The translations under genes and the position numbers were made by a program. From assembly GCA_038329555.1 (NCBI GenBank), contig JBBQNC010000001.1:1-47646 (forward strand): 47,646 bases of DNA, in the 5' to 3' direction. The notes below the pieces were generated by a model. It did no database searches and was not told the origin of the DNA. It saw only the letters and a program-made list of their open reading frames with translations. This stretch comes from Thermoanaerobaculia bacterium (GTDB lineage: Bacteria; Acidobacteriota; Thermoanaerobaculia; UBA5066; Gp7-AA6). Shown piece by piece: positions 45,848 to 47,646 of this stretch (positions within the stretch are counted from its first letter, which is position 1; the number at the start of each line of letters is the position of its first letter).

Positions 45848-46914
45848 GGATCACGGCCTTCGAGTCGCGCCGGGAGCAGCTTCTTCTCGCGCGCCCCTAC
45901 CGGATCGCCGGGCGCACGACCGACGCCGTCGAGACCTTCGTCCTCGTGCTGCGTACGGATGGCGGCGCGGTGGGGCTCGGCGCGGCGACTCCGGAGGCAA
46001 ACGTCACGGGCGAGACGGCGGCGGCCTGCGGGCAGGCGCTGGACGCGGCGGCTCTTTCCTGGCTGGAGGGAGGCGACGTGCGCCGCGTCGGGGCGCACTG
46101 CGAAGAGGCGCGCCGCCGGATGGCCGCGACCCCGGGCGCCCTCGCCGCGGTCGACATGGCGCTTCACGATCTGTTCGCCCGGGATCTCGGCGTGCCGCTC
46201 GCCGACGCGCTCGGCCGCGTCCACGAGGGCTTCCCGACCTCGGTGACTTTAGGCATCCAAAACGAGCGGGAGGCCCTCGCGCTGGCGGAGGAGCTGGTCG
46301 CCGCGGGATTCACGATCCTCAAGGTCAAGACGGGCGAGTCGCTGCGGCAGGACGTGGAACTCGTGAGGCGTCTTTCGGAACGGTTCGGGCCGTCCGTGAA
46401 ATTGCGCTGCGACGCGAATGCCGGCTACTCGGTCGCGGAAGCCGTGGCCTTCCTCGAACAGACCGAAGACCTCGCCGTCGAATTCCTGGAGCAGCCGGTT
46501 CCCGCCGGCGACGACGGGCTGCGGCGCATGCCCGACCGCTGGCGGGACGCGGTCGCCGCCGATGAGAGCCTCCTCGACGAACGGGACGCGCTCTCCCTGG
46601 CCGCTCCCCCGCGCGCCTGCGGCGTGTTCAACATCAAGCTGATGAAATGCGGCGGGATACGCCCCGCTCTCCGGATCGCCTCCCTCGCCGACGCCGCGGG
46701 CATCGGCGTGATGTGGGGCTGCATGGACGAAAGCGTGATCGGAATCGCGGCGGCGCTGCACGCGGCCCTCGCCGCCCCGGCGACCCGCTACCTGGATCTG
46801 GACGGGAGCTTCGACCTCGCCCGGGACGTTGCGGAGGGAGGCTTCGCCGTCCGCAACGGCGAGCTCACCCTCAGCGGCGAGCCGGGACTCGGGGTACGAC
46901 TCGTAGGGGAGTAA
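45844..46914 (+). CDS. Enolase-superfamily dipeptide epimerase / N-acyl-amino-acid racemase-like enzyme
   Basis: KxK (ILKVKTG), CDANAGY, LEQPV, AADESL, NIKLMKCGG, GCMDES. There is no ATG, GTG or TTG near the family N-terminus. The proposed CTG start at 45844 overlaps the DUF1611 stop (CTGA), so the start is uncertain. Confidence 0.85.
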   Translation: MRITAFESRREQLLLARPYRIAGRTTDAVETFVLVLRTDGGAVGLGAATPEANVTGETAAACGQALDAAALSWLEGGDVRRVGAHCEEARRRMAATPGALAAVDMALHDLFARDLGVPLADALGRVHEGFPTSVTLGIQNEREALALAEELVAAGFTILKVKTGESLRQDVELVRRLSERFGPSVKLRCDANAGYSVAEAVAFLEQTEDLAVEFLEQPVPAGDDGLRRMPDRWRDAVAADESLLDERDALSLAAPPRACGVFNIKLMKCGGIRPALRIASLADAAGIGVMWGCMDESVIGIAAALHAALAAPATRYLDLDGSFDLARDVAEGGFAVRNGELTLSGEPGLGVRLVGE

Positions 46915-46917
46915 TGA

Positions 46918-46952
46918 GTTATGGGTTATGGGTTATGGGTTATGAGTTCTGA
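46918..46952. repeat. Heptamer tandem array (GTTATGG)x3 plus two degenerate units
   Basis: Read directly. Begins 4 nt after the epimerase stop (TAA 46912-46914). Confidence 0.9.
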
Positions 46953-46973
46953 GGGGGCGGAAAGATTGAAACT

Positions 46974-47035
46974 GAGAACTGAGTTTGAGAACTGAGAACT
47001 GAGAACTGAGAACTGAGAACTGAAAACTGAGACTC
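46974..47035. repeat. Heptamer tandem array based on GAGAACT (about 8 units, some variant)
   Basis: Read directly. Five perfect consecutive units lie at 46987-47021. Confidence 0.9.
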
Positions 47036-47041
47036 AAAACT

Positions 47042-47097
47042 CCCAACTCCCAACTCCCAACTCCCAACTCCCAACTCCAAACTCCCAACTCAAAACC
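47042..47097. repeat. Heptamer tandem array based on CCCAACT (about 8 units, some variant)
   Basis: Read directly. Five perfect consecutive units lie at 47042-47076. It shares the AACT core with the preceding array. Confidence 0.9.
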
Positions 47098-47414
47098 CAA
47101 ACCCGCATCGCCGAGGACCGGGGCCTCTCCCCGAGAGCCGCGGATTCCCTGCAGGAGCTCCACGTGGTTTCGCCCACCGAAGTCCTCCTCGACCGGTCGC
47201 CGGCGGACGGGCGGCCGGCCAGAGTCCCCGCCGAAAAGCGCTGCCCGCGGGCTCGAAACGTCTTTTCCGGATCGGAACGCCTCGGAGGCGCGCCCGAGGC
47301 CGGACGGGGGCGAGGCGGCCGGCGTGATATCTTGGGGTTCTCCGAAATCCGCGACGGACCCTCGAGGGAGAGAGCCCTCCGCCGCCCGACTCGGGGAGAA
47401 AGCCGGGTGCCTCC

Positions 47415-47606
47415 ATGGTCTATTACGTGCGAACCTGGTACTGCAGGCACTGCGGCCGGTCCAACCAGACCGCCGTTGCTCTCGACGGCAGAGTGACGTG
47501 CGACCACTGCAAGCAGGTCGTTCGAATCCAGCCGAGCCGCGACCGCGGCGGCGAGACCGCCGGCCAGCTCTCGCGCGGCGCCGTCAACGCCGCACCGCGC
47601 GAATAG
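47415..47606 (+). CDS. Hypothetical small zinc-ribbon protein (63 aa)
   Basis: CRHCG...x17...CDHCK double CxxC. Codon third positions are mostly G/C. Weak SD. Confidence 0.5.
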   Translation: MVYYVRTWYCRHCGRSNQTAVALDGRVTCDHCKQVVRIQPSRDRGGETAGQLSRGAVNAAPRE

Positions 47607-47611
47607 ATTAA

Positions 47612-47636
47612 GGTTTTCAGTCGTCGGTTTTCAGTC
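47612..47636. repeat. Direct repeat GGTTTTCAGTC x2 (period 14), truncated by window end
   Basis: Read directly. Starts 6 nt after the stop of the small zinc-ribbon ORF. Confidence 0.7.
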
Positions 47637-47646
47637 CGGGCGGCCT

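Noticed and set aside
47034-47507. 157-aa minus-strand ORF crossing the heptamer arrays.
   Set aside because: Its C-terminus is simply the translated repeat (WELGVGSWELGV...). The rest is Arg/Pro/Ser-rich shadow sequence.
47516-47529. T-loop-like GGTCGTTCGAATCC suggesting a tRNA.
   Set aside because: The flanking bases do not form a T-stem, acceptor stem or anticodon arm. It lies inside the small zinc-ribbon ORF.

Overview
High-GC (about 68-72% from hand counts of single 60-nt lines) bacterial chromosomal segment. The protein repertoire is reminiscent of Acidobacteriota, but that is inference only. Almost all long ORFs on the opposite strand or in alternate frames of the called genes are GC-driven shadow ORFs.

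Gene content, in order:
- 1-5870: the conserved infB / DUF503 / rbfA / truB / rpsO / pnp block.
- 5995-10098: a Gly-zipper lipoprotein and a large secreted Asp-box (BNR/sortilin-like) propeller protein.
- 10288-14274, minus strand: radC, metG, tatD and a zincin-like peptidase.
- 14494-20206, minus strand operon: RsbW-like kinase, STAS protein, polyprenyl synthase, AlkP-like membrane protein, quinone oxidoreductase, GT4.
- 20302-23728: an HExxH protein, a CPBP protease and a MetX-like hydrolase.
- 24206-27492: a YVTN beta-propeller gene coupled to a TonB-dependent receptor.
- 27561-32414: an orphan SdhC-like di-haem cytochrome b, then a Hanks kinase-GAF / response regulator / MEDS-PAS hybrid histidine kinase module.
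- 32440-36305: group II PLP decarboxylase, GT2, DUF1989 and YqcI/YcgG, an unassigned enzyme cluster.
- 37463-39592: a lower-GC islet next to tRNA-Asp.
- 39780-46914: a NitT/TauT-type ABC operon with two permeases, an APC permease, and a DUF1611 / dipeptide-epimerase pair.

The most unusual sequence-level signal is short tandem arrays with 7-8 nt units, a different unit at each locus. They sit just downstream of stop codons at six or more operon ends, the largest at 1390-1500 and 46918-47104. Other structure not explained by genes:
- 22388-22580: a 61-bp tandem repeat plus hairpin in a divergent promoter region.
- 10129-10247: twin REP-like hairpins.
- 37467-37580: a nested long-range inverted repeat at the islet border.

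No CRISPR array, rRNA, integrase or transposase was seen. Start codons were chosen by eye (RBS, stop/start overlaps, family N-termini) and are less certain than stops.
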